Shown piece by piece: positions 13,722 to 26,975 of a stretch of 64,000 nt of DNA. Numbering within the stretch: the stretch's first letter is position 1; each line of letters starts with the position of its first letter. The notes under the pieces are model-generated. The model was not told the origin of the DNA and did not search any database. It was given only the letters and a program-made list of their open reading frames with translations. The position numbers were made by a program, and so were the translations under genes. Source of the stretch: Octopus vulgaris (taxonomy: Eukaryota); assembly GCA_951406725.2 (NCBI GenBank), contig OX597814.1, forward strand, positions 223,200,001 through 223,264,000. The letters run 5' to 3'.

Positions 13722-13724
<3 letters not shown>
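13142..13724. mobile_element. Fold-back non-coding element (221-bp inverted arms) with truncated hammerhead, inserted in (TA)n
   Basis: Arms 13236-13456 and 13504-13724 are reverse complements with 3 visible mismatches and a 47-bp spacer; - strand reads TTGATGA-GGAA...TTCC-GAAA-CGCGCG-TC. Confidence 0.85.
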
Positions 13725-13783
<59 letters not shown>

Positions 13784-14220
13784 TTTGATACTTTGATACT
13801 TTGATAGGTTTCGGCCATTATTGGCCCAGGCCATGTCTAACTTAATAGCACCACCTGGTGAAGTATATATAAGTAGAGAGTTATTGTTTACAGAGACATA
13901 TCCGGGTGTAGGGGGTTTATCCGGGATTTCTTGATAAAGACTAACCCTATAGGGTCAGTTTCTGTTTTATATGTTAAAGAGAGCGGGGCCAATTGAGGTG
14001 AAATATATATGAGATGAGAGTGCGATTTTTGTTTTGGGCGGATGGCACGGGGCCCAAGCCTTGGATGTACCTTAAAGGTGATGCCAACATCATTTGGGCA
14101 ATGCTGATGGAAGAATAGAGAATAGAGAATAGAGTTTTAGCTTTTCTAGTCGACCCCAATAGTCGAGGCCTGTCATGCCATCTATCTTTTTTGTGATTGC
14201 CCTTTGAGGTGCTTCAACTT

Positions 14221-15246
14221 TTATGATACCTTGTATTGTGTGGGGAGACCACAGTGGACAACAGTATTCAAAGTGGGGTCGGGCAAAAGTGGAGAAGAGA
14301 AGGATAATGGTGTGGATATCTCTCGACTGGAAAGTTCTGAGAATCCAGGAACACATTCTGCTTTGGTGTTTATAAGAGTGGCCCAGCTTATGTTGTTGTC
14401 CACAATTACTCCCAAGTCTCTGATGTTGTTGGACGCCGCGAGAGTTTCACCTGAAGGAAGGGAGTATGGGAGTTTCAGGGCATCCTCTTTTCCAAAGTGG
14501 ATTAGCTCAAATTTATCCTCGTTCAGCAGCATATTGTTTTTTTCTGCCCATTGGATAACAGCCAGTAGATCTGACTGAAGGCATGTCCGGTCACTCGCCT
14601 CATTTATGACCTTCTGTAGCTTGGAGTCATCTGCAAAGATTTTTATGTTGCTGTGCTTGATGATGTCATTAATGTCATTAATGTAAATGATGAAAAGAAG
14701 TGGGCCCAGCACAGTGCCTTGCGGAACGCCACTACTGACTTTGGCTGGGCTTGATTTTACCCCTTCAACTACATGTTGAGATCTGTCTGTCAGGAAACAC
14801 TTAATCCATTTCAGTAACTTTCCAGAGACACCAATGTTGGATAGTTTTTTCAATAGGATCTTGTGATCGACCCTGTCGAAGGCCTTACTGAAATCAAGGT
14901 AGATGACATCGGTGTTGGAGCCCTCTCCCAAAGCTCTCAAAATGTCCTCAAAGTGATGCAGGAGCTGCGTTAGGCAGTCCCTTCCATTACGGAACCCATG
15001 TTGGTTGGAGATCAGCCGTCTGTTGCTTTCCAGAAATTGGGTTATTCGAGATCTCACCACCCTCTCAGATACCTTGATGATATGAGAGGTGAGTGAGATC
15101 GGACGGTAATTCACTGCAAGGGACTTGTTTCCCTTTTTGAAAACTGGGACAACAGACTGGGACAGAAGGTTTTTTGGAATATAGCCAGCATCCAGTGAGT
15201 TTCTCCACAGATTAGCAGGGGGAGATGCAAGTTGGTGTCGACACAC
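14221..15246 (-). pseudogene. LINE ORF2 reverse transcriptase domain (frameshifted)
   Basis: NYRPISLTS, QHGFR, YLDFSKAFD, GVPQGTVLGP, FADD, RDLGV motifs; continues in another frame (ARPHFEYCCPLWSP, YWGRLEKLKLYSL). Confidence 0.95.
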
Positions 15247-15248
15247 CT

Positions 15249-16781
15249 TCAGGACACAAGCAGGGAACCTATCGGGCCTACTGCTGAATTGTGTTTTATT
15301 TCGTTTATCGCCGCTAAGACATCAGGGGCACTAAACGTTATGTCCGATATAGTGTGTTGGGGGTTGACATCACTGATACAGCCCAGATCGGCCATATCAG
15401 GATTGCTGAAAACAGAGCAGTATTGTTTCTGCAGTATCTCGGCCATGGATTTGGCATTATCTTGGAGAGTGCCGGTTTCGTCAATTAGAGGGCCTACAGT
15501 GGAGACAGTGACCCTGCGTTTCCTCGCAAATGAAAAGAACACTTTGGGGTTGGGTTTGATTTTTTCAATGGCCCACTTCTCCTCAGCTGATCTTTGGTTA
15601 TTGATGAGGGTCTTCATGCATTGTTGGAGGTTATATTTTTTGGATTCAAGCAGTGCGATAGCCGTCGAATGTGTGTGTTGCTGTTGACAGTACTTTAGTT
15701 TGTTAATTTTTTTGTTTGTTCTTTTTATTTTTCTGATAATGGTTTTTCTGTTTTGGGGGATTCTGCACTTTTTGTTCACAGGTCTTGGTGGGGAGTGTTT
15801 TGCACATATGTCTGTGACGGTGTCTACAAAGATCTGCCAAGATGTTTTATGGTTGGTGGAGATGTGTGTATGTGTAAAGGACCAGTCAACATGTGATAGC
15901 TCGTTCCTGATTGCATCCCAGTTGGCATTATGGAGATCCATGTTGTCAAATGGGTGGGCTGGAGGAAGGTCACTAGGATTAGCTTTCGGCTGGTGGAATT
16001 TCATGTTACAGAGAACCATGTCATGGTCTGAAAGAAGGGTTTTTTCCACTGTAACGTTATGTATAGTGTTAGTGTGGTTACTAAACACTAGGTCCAAAAT
16101 GTTCTGATGTCTTGTTGGTGCAAGGACAAGTTGGGACAAGAAAAACTCATTCGTAAAGTCGAAAAGTGACTCTGCTGCTTCTTTGTCAGCGGTTGAGGCG
16201 GGAGTGCTTGGTTTCAAACAGTTTGTAGTCCAGTCAACACAGGGTAGATTGAAGTCTCCCATCATGAGTATGTTGCTAGAATGGCACTGTTGAATAAAGC
16301 ACTTAATGCTGTTGAGGCATTCTTTAAAGCACAGTATGCGTGTTTGGGGCGGCCTATAGAGCCCAATTACTGTCAGGTCATTGGCTTTGTTGTGCACGGT
16401 GACTGATTCACAGTAGCCGTTGGAGAATATACTATTTCCATCTGCCGTAAATGAATCATGCAGGAAAATGGCAGTTCCACCCTTCCTCCTGCCGATACGA
16501 TCCGCGCGGATGGTTGTGAAATTCTTCACTCTCACTTCGGCTTCCAAGTGGGAGTTATCAAGGTGGGTCTCAGTGAGAATGAAGAAAGGGATGTGGTGTG
16601 AATGGTTACCAACCCAGTCTTCAATGAATTGGACCTTCCACTTTTGTGCATTGATGGAAGGGCTGACACCTTGTGCATTGAGTAGGAATGTGGAGGTTAG
16701 TGTAGTGGCTGGTTTTGACTGTTGCAGGGGGCTTGGATTTTTTGTGTGTGTTAGTGGCAGCAATGTGGGGAATTGGTGCAC
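15249..16781 (-). pseudogene. LINE ORF2 apurinic-like endonuclease domain and linker
   Basis: LNAQG, LTETHL, RADR..RKGG, YRPP, MGDFNLP, PTR..NILDLVF, SDHD motifs; frameshift to the RT near 15250. Confidence 0.95.
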
Positions 16782-16869
16782 TGGGGTAATAGCATAGGAT
16801 GATGTTGAGTGATGGCTAGAATGTTTTTGTGTATCTCTTTTGCCATGTTCAACATGGCTAAAAAATAAT

Positions 16870-17760
16870 TTTCCTGCTTAGGGAGCAGTTTTTGGCTGGA
16901 GGTGTGGTTGCACTGTTGGATAGGGTTGTAGTTTCCACTTTTGTTGTTGTTGTTTTTGTGTCTTCCTGAAAAGACTGGACCAGCATTACTGCAGCATGGT
17001 GTGTTTCTATTTTTATTTTTATTCAGGTTTGTGTGTTGGCTTGAAGCCCCGTTTCTGTTTGTGCGTCGGGTCCCTGGAAGATGAGTGAAGGGACAGTCAC
17101 TCAGTAGACATGTTCTCTCACGTTGGGAATACCGGCAGATTTTGGGACTCCGAGTTGTGTGTGTTTTGAATTTCGATTTACTATTTGGTGGTGTTGATGT
17201 TATTGTGGGATGCGTGCTTTGGCCTTGGCCGGTAGTGCGTCTAGTGCCGGGTAGATGCGTGAAGATGCAGTCACTATTTGTGCAGAGTCTCTGGCGCAGT
17301 GAATAGCGGCATATTTGGGGATTTCTTGTTTGTGCCGTGGGGGCGCATTCTGCTTCCTATGTTTCTTTAAGTTTTTGTTACTGCAGTAGTATTGAGGTGG
17401 TGATGTGGGGGAAGAGGGCAGTGGTTTCTTATTTGGTTTTCTGTTGGTATTTTTGGTGATAGAAGACGATGGTGGCAGCGGTGGTGATGATGATGATGAT
17501 AATTGTGGTGGTTGCTCTGAGAGCGGTGAAAAGATACTGGCATTTAGTGAATCATCTAGTAAGCAAGGGTTGAGGAGTGGCTGTTGTTGTTCTTGTTGCT
17601 GTGGCTGTTGTTGTTGTTGTTGTGCTTGACCGATGTTAGGGTCAGCCATTGTGCTGGGAACCAGGAGTGGCTCATTCTGTTGTTGTTGTTGTTGTGGCTG
17701 CTGATTTTCTAGCTGTTGCTGTTCTTGAACTGTGAAAATATGAAGAAGCTTTTCATAATG
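16870..17760 (-). pseudogene. LINE ORF1 relic, Q/P/S-rich with two CCCH zinc fingers
   Basis: ICRYSLRQRLCTNSDCIFTHLPGT (~17245-17320) and PKICRYSQRERTCLLSDCPFTHLPGT (~17070-17147), both C-x8-C-x4-C-x3-H; frameshift near 17317. Confidence 0.8.
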
Positions 17761-17988
17761 GCCTTTGGTCAGTTTGAAAGATACTATATATATTTCATTA
17801 TATCTGTTTGACGGATCGTGTGTTGATATTGTGATGTTTTTTCGGCATATTCAAACACAAAACATTTAGATTTTCTGTTTGGGAAAGAGAGAACCATATT
17901 AAAACATCAATTTCGTTATCATATAAACACACGGGAGTTAAAGAAGTGTATAGGCTTCTCTCATCCAAATGAGCCTATGCATATATAT

Positions 17989-18067
<79 letters not shown>

Positions 18068-18217
18068 TAGGCATTTGGATGAATATGTAGGTATTTATGC
18101 ATGCTATTTTGTAGGACATATATATATTTATATACATACACACACACATATATACACACACATACATATATATATACACATACATAGTTATAACTATAAA
18201 GGGTAAAAGTAAAGGAT

Positions 18218-18547
18218 AAAGACCCGCTTCTGTCATGCATGACTATGGGATTACATCTAGTAAGTTCCCCTCCGAGCCACAAGTCCGGGCATGGGTGTTT
18301 ATGGAAGATTATTAGGGACCCATGCTCCCCAGTCCACGCCACCAATGACATGGAAGTGAAAGGCAAAGGGGCCGATATACCTTGGCAGCAGTGACGGTGC
18401 AACTCATTTCTACAGCTGAATGAAATGGAGCAATTCGAAATAAAGTGTCTGGCTCAAAAATATCAAAAAACTTTCTGGTTCGGGAATCGAACTCACTACT
18501 ATATGATTGTGAGCCTGATGTCCAATCACAGAGCCGTGGGCCTTCAC
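18218..18547 (-). mobile_element. tRNA-derived SINE, family D
   Basis: Homologous to 59778-60116 (head GTGAAGGC..GGCTC.GTG.TT, core TTCAxTCAGCTGTAGAAATGAGTTGC, CCCGGACTTGTG). Confidence 0.85.
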
Positions 18548-18671
18548 AGCTATACCTATATATACACACATACACACACATTCATATATATATATATATA
18601 TATATATATACGCAGACAAATACATACACACATACATATATATGTATAATTATTATTATTATTATTATTAT

Positions 18672-19190
18672 TGAGTGAGAGAGCAGTTCATGCCATCAAA
18701 GTGACACTGGGGTAAAATATACGAAGCCCAATATACCCATCATGACTACCCGTCTGATAAAGGTACACCAGGCACATGCATCACAACCATATGTGCGCGA
18801 CATGGTGATCTCATATCAAGATAAACAGCACATGACCTTGCAGGTGGGGCCCAGTTAGAATTTTCTTCAGGTTGAGTAGCCCATCCCGCTCAAACGGTCC
18901 CTGAATAAGGGTTGTTTAAGGATGTTGAAAGAACTACCCATGTTTCCAGAGGTGAACTATTCAAACCCCAAAGAATCCCTTTCAACACATGGCTATGGTC
19001 CTCCCCCACTACTTCTGCTCGTGATCAGAGATGCACATATCGTCAGCCACTAAGGGACATGCTCAACTGGTTAAGGTCAAACAACTGACAAGCAAATCTG
19101 TGGTATTGAGCAGAATATTTGCTGTAGCCCATCTTTTATACCAAGACAAAACAATGTACATGATAACACTTCCAATCAGTTAAGATCAGG
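18672..19190. mobile_element. ~520 bp non-coding element flanked by (TTA)n, copy 1
   Basis: Colinear high similarity to 42370-42924; both copies have (TTA)n on both sides. Confidence 0.85.
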
Positions 19191-19202
19191 ATTGTGATTA
19201 TT

Positions 19203-19327
<125 letters not shown>

Positions 19328-20784
19328 CATTATTATTGTTATTATGATTATAAGAAAGGAAGAGTGGTGAGTATACACGTGAGTGTGTGTGTGTGTATTA
19401 TTAACTCAATGTATATACTCATTTTTATATGCACAAATATAAATGCAAGTGTGTAGCCTATTATTTAATGTATATGGTTTCGATATTTATTATTTTACAG
19501 CCTAATACTTGCACACTACACACACACACACACACACAAACATACACACACCGCACACACACGCAGTATTATACTCGAACATAATAACACACGCTGGCAC
19601 ACATCTATTTGTTCTCAACTCGCCGTTCTAGTCTTGACATCTGAACACACGTTTTATAATAAGTCATTCTGTCTGTCTCAGCATGTAATTTTCCTTTCAC
19701 ATTGCTGCCGTTAATTCTGTTAAGAGAGTACCGAGTGCCGATTAGCTTGCAGGTGGGAATGCGATTGACTATAAAATAATAATTTCTAATAATAATTGTA
19801 AAGAAACAACGCCAACATCATAGCAATGCGTCTTTCACACCCATAAGTCAGCAAATCAGCCGATAGCAACATGACTTGGGAAAGAACAAAAATTACCGGT
19901 CTTAGTGAAAATAAATTTGGTGTCTTTGTAGTTTTTCTCCTGTCGTGTATAGCAAGTTGTTCATATTCACCAGGTGTGAGTATGAAGAACTTGTTATACA
20001 GATGTACATTTATTTGCTACAAGTCTGCCTTCGCGATTATTTAATCGATGTTAAAAGTAGGTCGGTAAATCAGTTAACCATCTACCTTTCACTTTGAAAT
20101 GTATGTCTCAAGAATATAGTTTCTTCTTTCTTTTTCTTGTAAACACAAAGACTGCCTGAGATTTATGTCTGTATTAGAAAGAGAGAATGAAGATTTCTAA
20201 TATTTATGCCACTCCATATGGTACTATTATAGTGAACTAGAAATTGCTTCATCTGAAAAAAATAATCGAAACTAAACTAGACCTTGTTCGGTAGATATTT
20301 AATCTTCCTTTGTAGTTTTTATACTAGATCTACGTTTTTTTCTATATTGATTTGGCAAGGATTCGCGCAAAAAATCATTGTAAAGGAATAGGAAATAGAA
20401 TAAAACGAACACTCTACATTCAAGCAAGTTGTATTTAGTTATAAGCTGAAAGTATCGCGTAATCTTTAGAATGTTTGAGATCTGACTGTAGATAGGTTAT
20501 TAACTGCAAGGGAGAGTCTTTGTGAGAACTTCACTTCACCTGTTCTCAATTACCGTTAAATATCCATAAAATCCAAGCTTTGATTAGTTCAGTTCTTGAC
20601 AGCGATTGATAAAAGAAAGTGTGATGCGCACAGTGGGAATGCCCTTGGTCATAACTTTCGTTCTTCAGTGCAGAACAATATTCCGAGGGTGAGTGAGAGA
20701 CAGAGATAAACAGACAGACAGGCAGACTGACTGAGTGACAGACTGACAACGATGGAAGAAAAGGAAAATGAAGCAGCGGTAGGA

Positions 20785-20904
20785 GAAGAAGAAGAAGAAG
20801 AAGAAGAAGAAGAAGAAGAAAAAGAAGGAGAAGAAGAGGAAGGAAGGAAAAATGGAAGGAAAGGAGGAAGAAAGAGAAGCAACAGCAGGAGCAATAGTTC
20901 CTGC

Positions 20905-20993
<89 letters not shown>

Positions 20994-21012
20994 CAGCAGC
21001 AGTAGCAGCAAT

Positions 21013-21090
<78 letters not shown>

Positions 21091-21293
21091 TGTAGCAACA
21101 GCAGCAGCAGTAGTAGTGGTGGTGGGGGTGGGGGTGTTAGTAGTAGTAGGAAGAAGAAGAAGAAAAAGAAGAAGAAAAAGAGGAAGAAAAAGAAAAAGAA
21201 GAAGAAGAAGAAGAAGAAGAAGAAGAAGAAGAAGAAGAAGAAGAAGAAGAAGAAGAAGAAGAAGAAGAAGAAGAAGAAGAAGAAGAAGAAGAA
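20785..21293. repeat. Compound trinucleotide microsatellite (GAA)n/(AGT)n/(AGC)n/(AAG)n
   Basis: Direct reading; explains the poly-E/S/K/L/V/R ORFs. Confidence 0.97.
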
Positions 21294-22612
21294 TTAATCA
21301 GAGACAACAGGCAACATGCACAGGATGAGATTCAATCAAGGAAATCATTCTCTCTAATCACCGGTTCACTAAAGATCAAGACATTAATTTCATGCATTGA
21401 AATTTAAGAAAACATCCAAAACGAAAACATAAATAAATAAAAGGTACAACGGACAGTTTATTTTATCAGCCTCACGAAATGTCAGCTCATATGGTTAACA
21501 AAAGCAGAACACAGGTCGAAGTGACAAAGAGTGTGAAAGAGAAGTTGTCTTTTCGTCTTGGTCGAAATGAAAATAAAAAAAAGAAAGAAAAGATTATGGC
21601 GCATAATGTAACGCCGAATGGAAGCAGAGGTATTGCTTGGCATTTACGCTTAAACACCAACAGGGATGTAGAAGAGTGGAGAGACAGTGAGATAATATAA
21701 AAAAGAAATATAATAGTTATCGTCCTGTCCATGAGAATCATCCCGAGTACTTTGAACTTAGCAATCCTGTTGATAAACATGCCGAAGTTACTTTGATTTT
21801 AACTCGACTGTGTGTGAGAGGAAATGGATTCTATGTGCTTGTCCAACGCATTTTAGCCGTGGTTTGCATTTAATTTTCGTTCTATTTGAGCGTTATACTA
21901 CACCATCTTGCCCACACGAATATCCAAATATGAATGTGTATATATTCATAAGTAGAGCTAAAAATATCAGTGATATCATTTCATATTTATATATGAACTA
22001 AATTAGTAGAATTTCAAGCTTGCAAATTGACATATGCTAAATCTTGTATCATTTTCTTTTTATTAATTCTATCGTTCTTGGTTAGAGAGGAAATAATTGT
22101 CATGACCAGTACTGCTATTTTTATGCCAGATCTGATATTGTATGACGTCTGCTAAACACGAGGTAGCAATTTTTGTGTAGTATATTAGACGGTTTTGCTA
22201 TAAAACACAGTTACTAAGAAATCAAACCGATTTAATTTACATAATTTCAATGGTGTAAACACAATATATCGTATATTCTTTGTTACTTTGTATATAATAT
22301 TATACACATCAGTTTTTCTTGTAGATGACGCAGGATTCAGAATACTAATGGCATTAACTCGACGAGTTTTCTTTGTGAGCGTCATTCGGTCGATACCAGA
22401 GATCATAAAAGTATTAATAATAAAATTTATACTTCTTTAAAATGAATGAAAAAGATCATTCATTATATTTTCAAAATATAAAAATAACGAAAATTTTAAA
22501 ATTGCGCAAAAAATTTTCAGAAAATATATAATGGTAAGCGGTTAAAACATAATTCATTTAAACCAAAGAAAATATTGTTCAAGTAGTGATGAATGTCTGT
22601 ACATTCCTCTTT

Positions 22613-22993
22613 TAGCACTCCGTCGGTTACGACGACGAGGGTTCCGGTTGATCCGAATCAACGGAACAGCCTGCTCGTGAAATTAACGTGTAAGTGGCTG
22701 AGCACTCCACAGACACGTGCACCCTTAACGTAGTTCTCGGGGATATTCAGCGTGACACAGAGAGAGACAAGGCCGGCCCTTTGAAATACAGGTACAACAG
22801 AAACAGGGAGTAAGAGTGAGAGAAAGTTGTGGTGAAAGAGTACATCAGGGATCACCACCATCCGCTGCCGGAGCCTCGTGGAGCTTTAGGTGTTTTCGCT
22901 CAATAAACACTCACAACGCCCGGTCTGGGAATCGAAACCGCGATCCTATGACCGCGAGTCCGCTGCCCTAACCACTGGGCCATTGCGCCTCCA
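22613..22993 (-). mobile_element. Full-length tRNA-derived SINE, family C
   Basis: Head GGAGGCGCAATGGCCCAGTGGTTAGGGCAGCGGACTCGCG...GTTTCGATTCCC; tail ...CGTCGTCGTAACCGACGGAGTGC. Confidence 0.9.
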
Positions 22994-23033
22994 TAAGCTG
23001 TATATTTCAGGCATGCGATATTTAGGTACATTG

Positions 23034-23503
23034 TCATCATCATCATTTGGTCATGCTTGTTACATGGATTACCGTGACGCGTTGTCTCCAGCCTGTTCAG
23101 TCGGCCATTTCAAGTTGTAGGTTTTCTTGCGTGCATTCAGATTCCTCGCACCTTGCTTTATGTAGGCACAATGTGGCTTACAATTATTTGCGAACCCATG
23201 CTCTGGTTACCAAAGAAGAACGCCGTTGTTAATGTCGTCCTTTGCTCTCTAGCAATGTCCAGCGATTTTTCTTCTTTCTCTGATAACGTGCGGTTTTTTC
23301 ATAGGACTAAGTTTTTTCAAAGGATGTTTCTCCAGGAGATGTCGAGAGAAGCTCGAAGCATTCTTGAACGAGTTCCGTCGATTTTTCTTTTCAAGACGCT
23401 CTGATAGAGTCCTTGCTGTACATCTACCTAATAGAACTGACTGCTCAACCTCCTGAAAGAAATTACGTTTCAAATATATTGGGAGCTTAGATTTCCAGAC
23501 CAT
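23034..23503 (-). mobile_element. RTE-group LINE 3' relic
   Basis: VWKSKLPIYLKRNFFQEVEQSVLL...TLSERLEKK...IRERRKIAGHC resembles the RTE-type ORF2 C-terminus; short (GAT)n tail at ~23034-23046. Confidence 0.7.
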
Positions 23504-23929
23504 TTATTATTTATTTATTCATTTATTTATGGTACCAAAAGATACTGGACTTGTGTTAAGGTAAGTTTGGGGTGCTGGTGAATCTAATTATGGCATTAAT
23601 TTTGCTAGACTTGTTCTAATGCTTTACATAATCGAATGCTCCCATTTTTGCGAATTCCGCATGATTAGTATACAGTAGCCGAAATGCTGAAATCAACATA
23701 CTATTTGTTTTATAATGAAGCATTAGAAAAAACTGATATACAATGCCAAATTATATATCACAGTAAAAATCATAAATAAACCAACACAAAATATTTAATA
23801 GAATCTTATGCAATAGTAGTGTTGAAGATAATAGAGTAGCATTGGCTAATTAAATATACAAAAAGTATCTCAATCAGTCATTTCAAAATTCCTGTTTGTA
23901 TGATTTTCTTTTGCATCGCTTAGGAAGAC

Positions 23930-25400
23930 AATCATAATGAATATTCCTGCAGTTGTCTACCGTCATATCTCTGGCCCGTTTGTCCTGATACCTCTTCTCT
24001 AACACTCTAATAATCTAGGGAAACTGCTCCTCTTGATTCCCAAGGAAATCTTTTCATGTGGCTATGGAGAAAGTGTACTTGTATTCTCATCATCTTAAAG
24101 TTATTGAGCAACTCCTACTTCTTCTTAATCATGTACTTTCTTGTTGCTCAAGTTTTCAATAAATGATACTTAACTAAATCAAACTGAAACTTGAGTTTAA
24201 AACATGAGGAGTAGTAAATACTCCTCCTTTAACGTTTTCAATACTCAATTCCAAGAACTATGTCCAACTGTATTTGAAACGATCACCATCTTTGTTGAAA
24301 TCTTTAACAGATTACTTCATCAGTCCAAGTTTAATATGGTGTGGTTATAAAATAATGTTTTCTAATCAAACTAATGGTTCGCTAGAGATGGTTGCGGTGC
24401 CTAAGGCCATTGTCTAACTTGAAGGACGTGTCATTTTTTTCCCAATGATTTTGGGTAGTTCTACTGCGACATAAGCAAATGGATCAAAGTTAATTCATGT
24501 ACCCACTTTTCTATCCGAGCAAGAAATTCACCATCATTAAGATCAATGCAAATACGCCACTGTTGCTAAGGTTAGCGGATTTTATGGAAGATCTTTGATA
24601 TCTTCATACTCTTTTTTATGTCTAATTGAATGATGAGGAATTTGTAAAGATGCATACCGGTTCTGTTGTGTAAGAATACTCATTTGAAGCTTCTAAATAC
24701 CAATAAAAATGCTCTAATCTTGTTAACGATATTCTGGCAGTCACGTTTGAATCTGAAAAAACATCCCGCCTATATTATTGCAGAAGAAGATATCATCTTT
24801 GCTTAAATATGGAAGAATTTCCTTCTGCTTTTCCTATAGGTCATTACTTTGCTCACTACTTATAGAACATTTCATTTAGCCTGGATGCTAAACTTTACGC
24901 GAATATTTTGAAAGAATGATGTCTCATATCAAATCATTAAGGTAATTTTTAGAGAAATGATTTGGCGTCAAAACACTTCATTTTGAATTCCACTGCAACA
25001 AGGAATGTCGGACCGAGCGATAAACACTGGTGCAGGAATTTCATTGCTAAGTGGCACAAGTTGCCCTACAGATTCCCATGTTTATTGTTGTAGCAATTAA
25101 ATACTTTCTCATAAATGACACACAAATAACAAACACCGTTGTCGATTCATGACTCTCGCCCCGCCAAAGGTATTCCACGTTTAAATTTTCTCTTTTATTT
25201 TGTGCAATGCCGAAAGAACTCTACATACACATTGCATGCCTTATAGAGAACTCATAACCCATTTTCATCTTCATGATTTACTCCGAAATAAGAAAATTAT
25301 GTTTGTTTTAGTAATTCAATGATATTTTAATATGCTTTCGTATTGTATATCCACCACAGATGTTACAAGATACATTGTGGTTTTCAAACTGGCTATTTGT
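23930..25400 (-). pseudogene. Chapaev3-like (CMC superfamily) DNA transposase relic
   Basis: In order on - strand: CNICGGYT (~25350), GIPLAGRES...CYLC (~25150), L*PHHIKLGLMK*SVKDFNKDGDRFKY (~24330), QVHFLHSH...GAVS (~24060), matching recalled family motifs CYICG, PMVWREP..DCYFC, PPLHIKLGLMK, KxHFLHSH. Confidence 0.75.
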
Positions 25401-26569
25401 GATAAACCGATATAATAATTTTATCTCCCATACAATGAAATATAAAAATACATTAAATCTAAGAGATATGCAATACAAATTGATTAAACACTAATGTAGA
25501 AAAATATCATATAAAGATAACACAAACATGCTGGAAAATTCAATGATTCAGTAGTATTACGTAGAATAGTATACCCAATTGAACAGCTCAAATTGGCCGA
25601 TTTGCCAAACGTCGAAGTATTGCAACCTCTGACCTAAATTAAATTCTGATCTACATTTTAATCATACTTTGAAAGATCCTTCTATATCACATGCGAGTAA
25701 CATCATAATTTGATTGGAATTCGTAATTTTTAAAACCAGAACCAATCATTGTTGTAATTAAAGCCCTAAAATTAAGATAAATTTATTTGTATATTGTTGG
25801 CTACAATTTCTTTTTCTTTCAGTCAGTGTTATAAATCAATACAATATTCTTAGAGACAAACTGGATGAAATTTTGTAATGATTTTTCACACAAAATGATT
25901 TGAGATTTAGTATATAAATTCAGATGGAATTCTGTGGAAGAACACTATATTTGTACGTTCCTTGTTTGACATAGATATTGTCAATAAAAGTTTCTCTGAT
26001 ATAGTTCAATGATATGTAAATCTCATAGTTAGTTAGATAGATGAAGAAGAGACTGTCTCAGAAGGGTTTCTCTGAAGTTACTTGTAGTTGGCAAATGAGC
26101 AGCAGAGAAGAAGAAAAACAAAATTATTTATTTGCCAATATAAATACGTAATAATTTACAAAAACTATAAAATTTTATATATTTTACGGATACAGTATTA
26201 ATTACAGTTCAATTCTTGCAACTTAATTCATATCATTTTCAACATTTTTTCCGATTAAATACATAGGAATCTCTTTCAAGAGGGTCAATATGGTCAACAA
26301 ATTTGATTCGTGTGCAAATAGAAGTCTTCCATTTAGCCTTCCAATTGTAATGTTCTCTGTCTTTTATATAATGAAACTCTATCAACATTTCTCTTTCTCA
26401 AAGCATTCCGACGTTTTGCATTTGAAAGAAATCAAATACATTACATCCAAACACATATACACTCATTCATATAAATACACGTACTTAAATTTTATTTCCG
26501 TGTGCTTAACATAATACTTTTCCTTTCTACAGTTACTCTCATAATGATACAATAATATTAATTTTCTTT

Positions 26570-26975
26570 CAATATTAGCACAGGAACAGAAATTGTGATA
26601 GAAGGTGCTGGTTGATTAAATCGGCCCAAGCGTTAGACTGGTCCCTATTTAATTGACCACGAAAGAACAAAGGGCAAAGTTGACCTCAATGGTACTTGAG
26701 CTCCAAAGTAAAACGGGAAAAATCTGTAATCGCCTTATCCTGCCTTCTAATGCTTTTGCCAGGCTGCTGCATTAAAAATAACTCTTTCTAAATTTGGTAC
26801 AAGGTCAGCCATTTTGAGGGGATAAGTAATGGGCAAATTTATGATAACAACATCAATACTTGATTAGTACTTCTTTTGCGGACTTCGAAGAAAAATGAAT
26901 ATAAAGTAAAGATGACCTCAGCAGAGTTTGATCTCAGAAAGCGAGCCGATCGAAATGCTACTCCCAGCTCACTGA
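26570..26975 (-). mobile_element. Two old degenerate SINE family A copies
   Basis: AAAGGGCAAAGTTGACCTC and AAAGATGACCTCAGCAGAGTTTGATCTCAGAA match the reverse complement of the family core. Confidence 0.6.

Larger units (their letters stand above)
13781..17790 (-). mobile_element. Near full-length CR1/L2-group LINE (~4.0 kb)
   Basis: ORF1 relic plus APE endonuclease plus RT; 3' tail of tandem 8-mer (TATCAAAG)x3 at 13781-13806; TA-rich flanks on both sides. Confidence 0.92.

Noticed and set aside
15232-16797. + strand ORFs of 125-151 aa
   Set aside because: Antisense shadows of LINE ORF2
20649-21328. Poly-E/S/K, poly-L and poly-V/R ORFs
   Set aside because: Pure triplet microsatellites open in several frames on both strands
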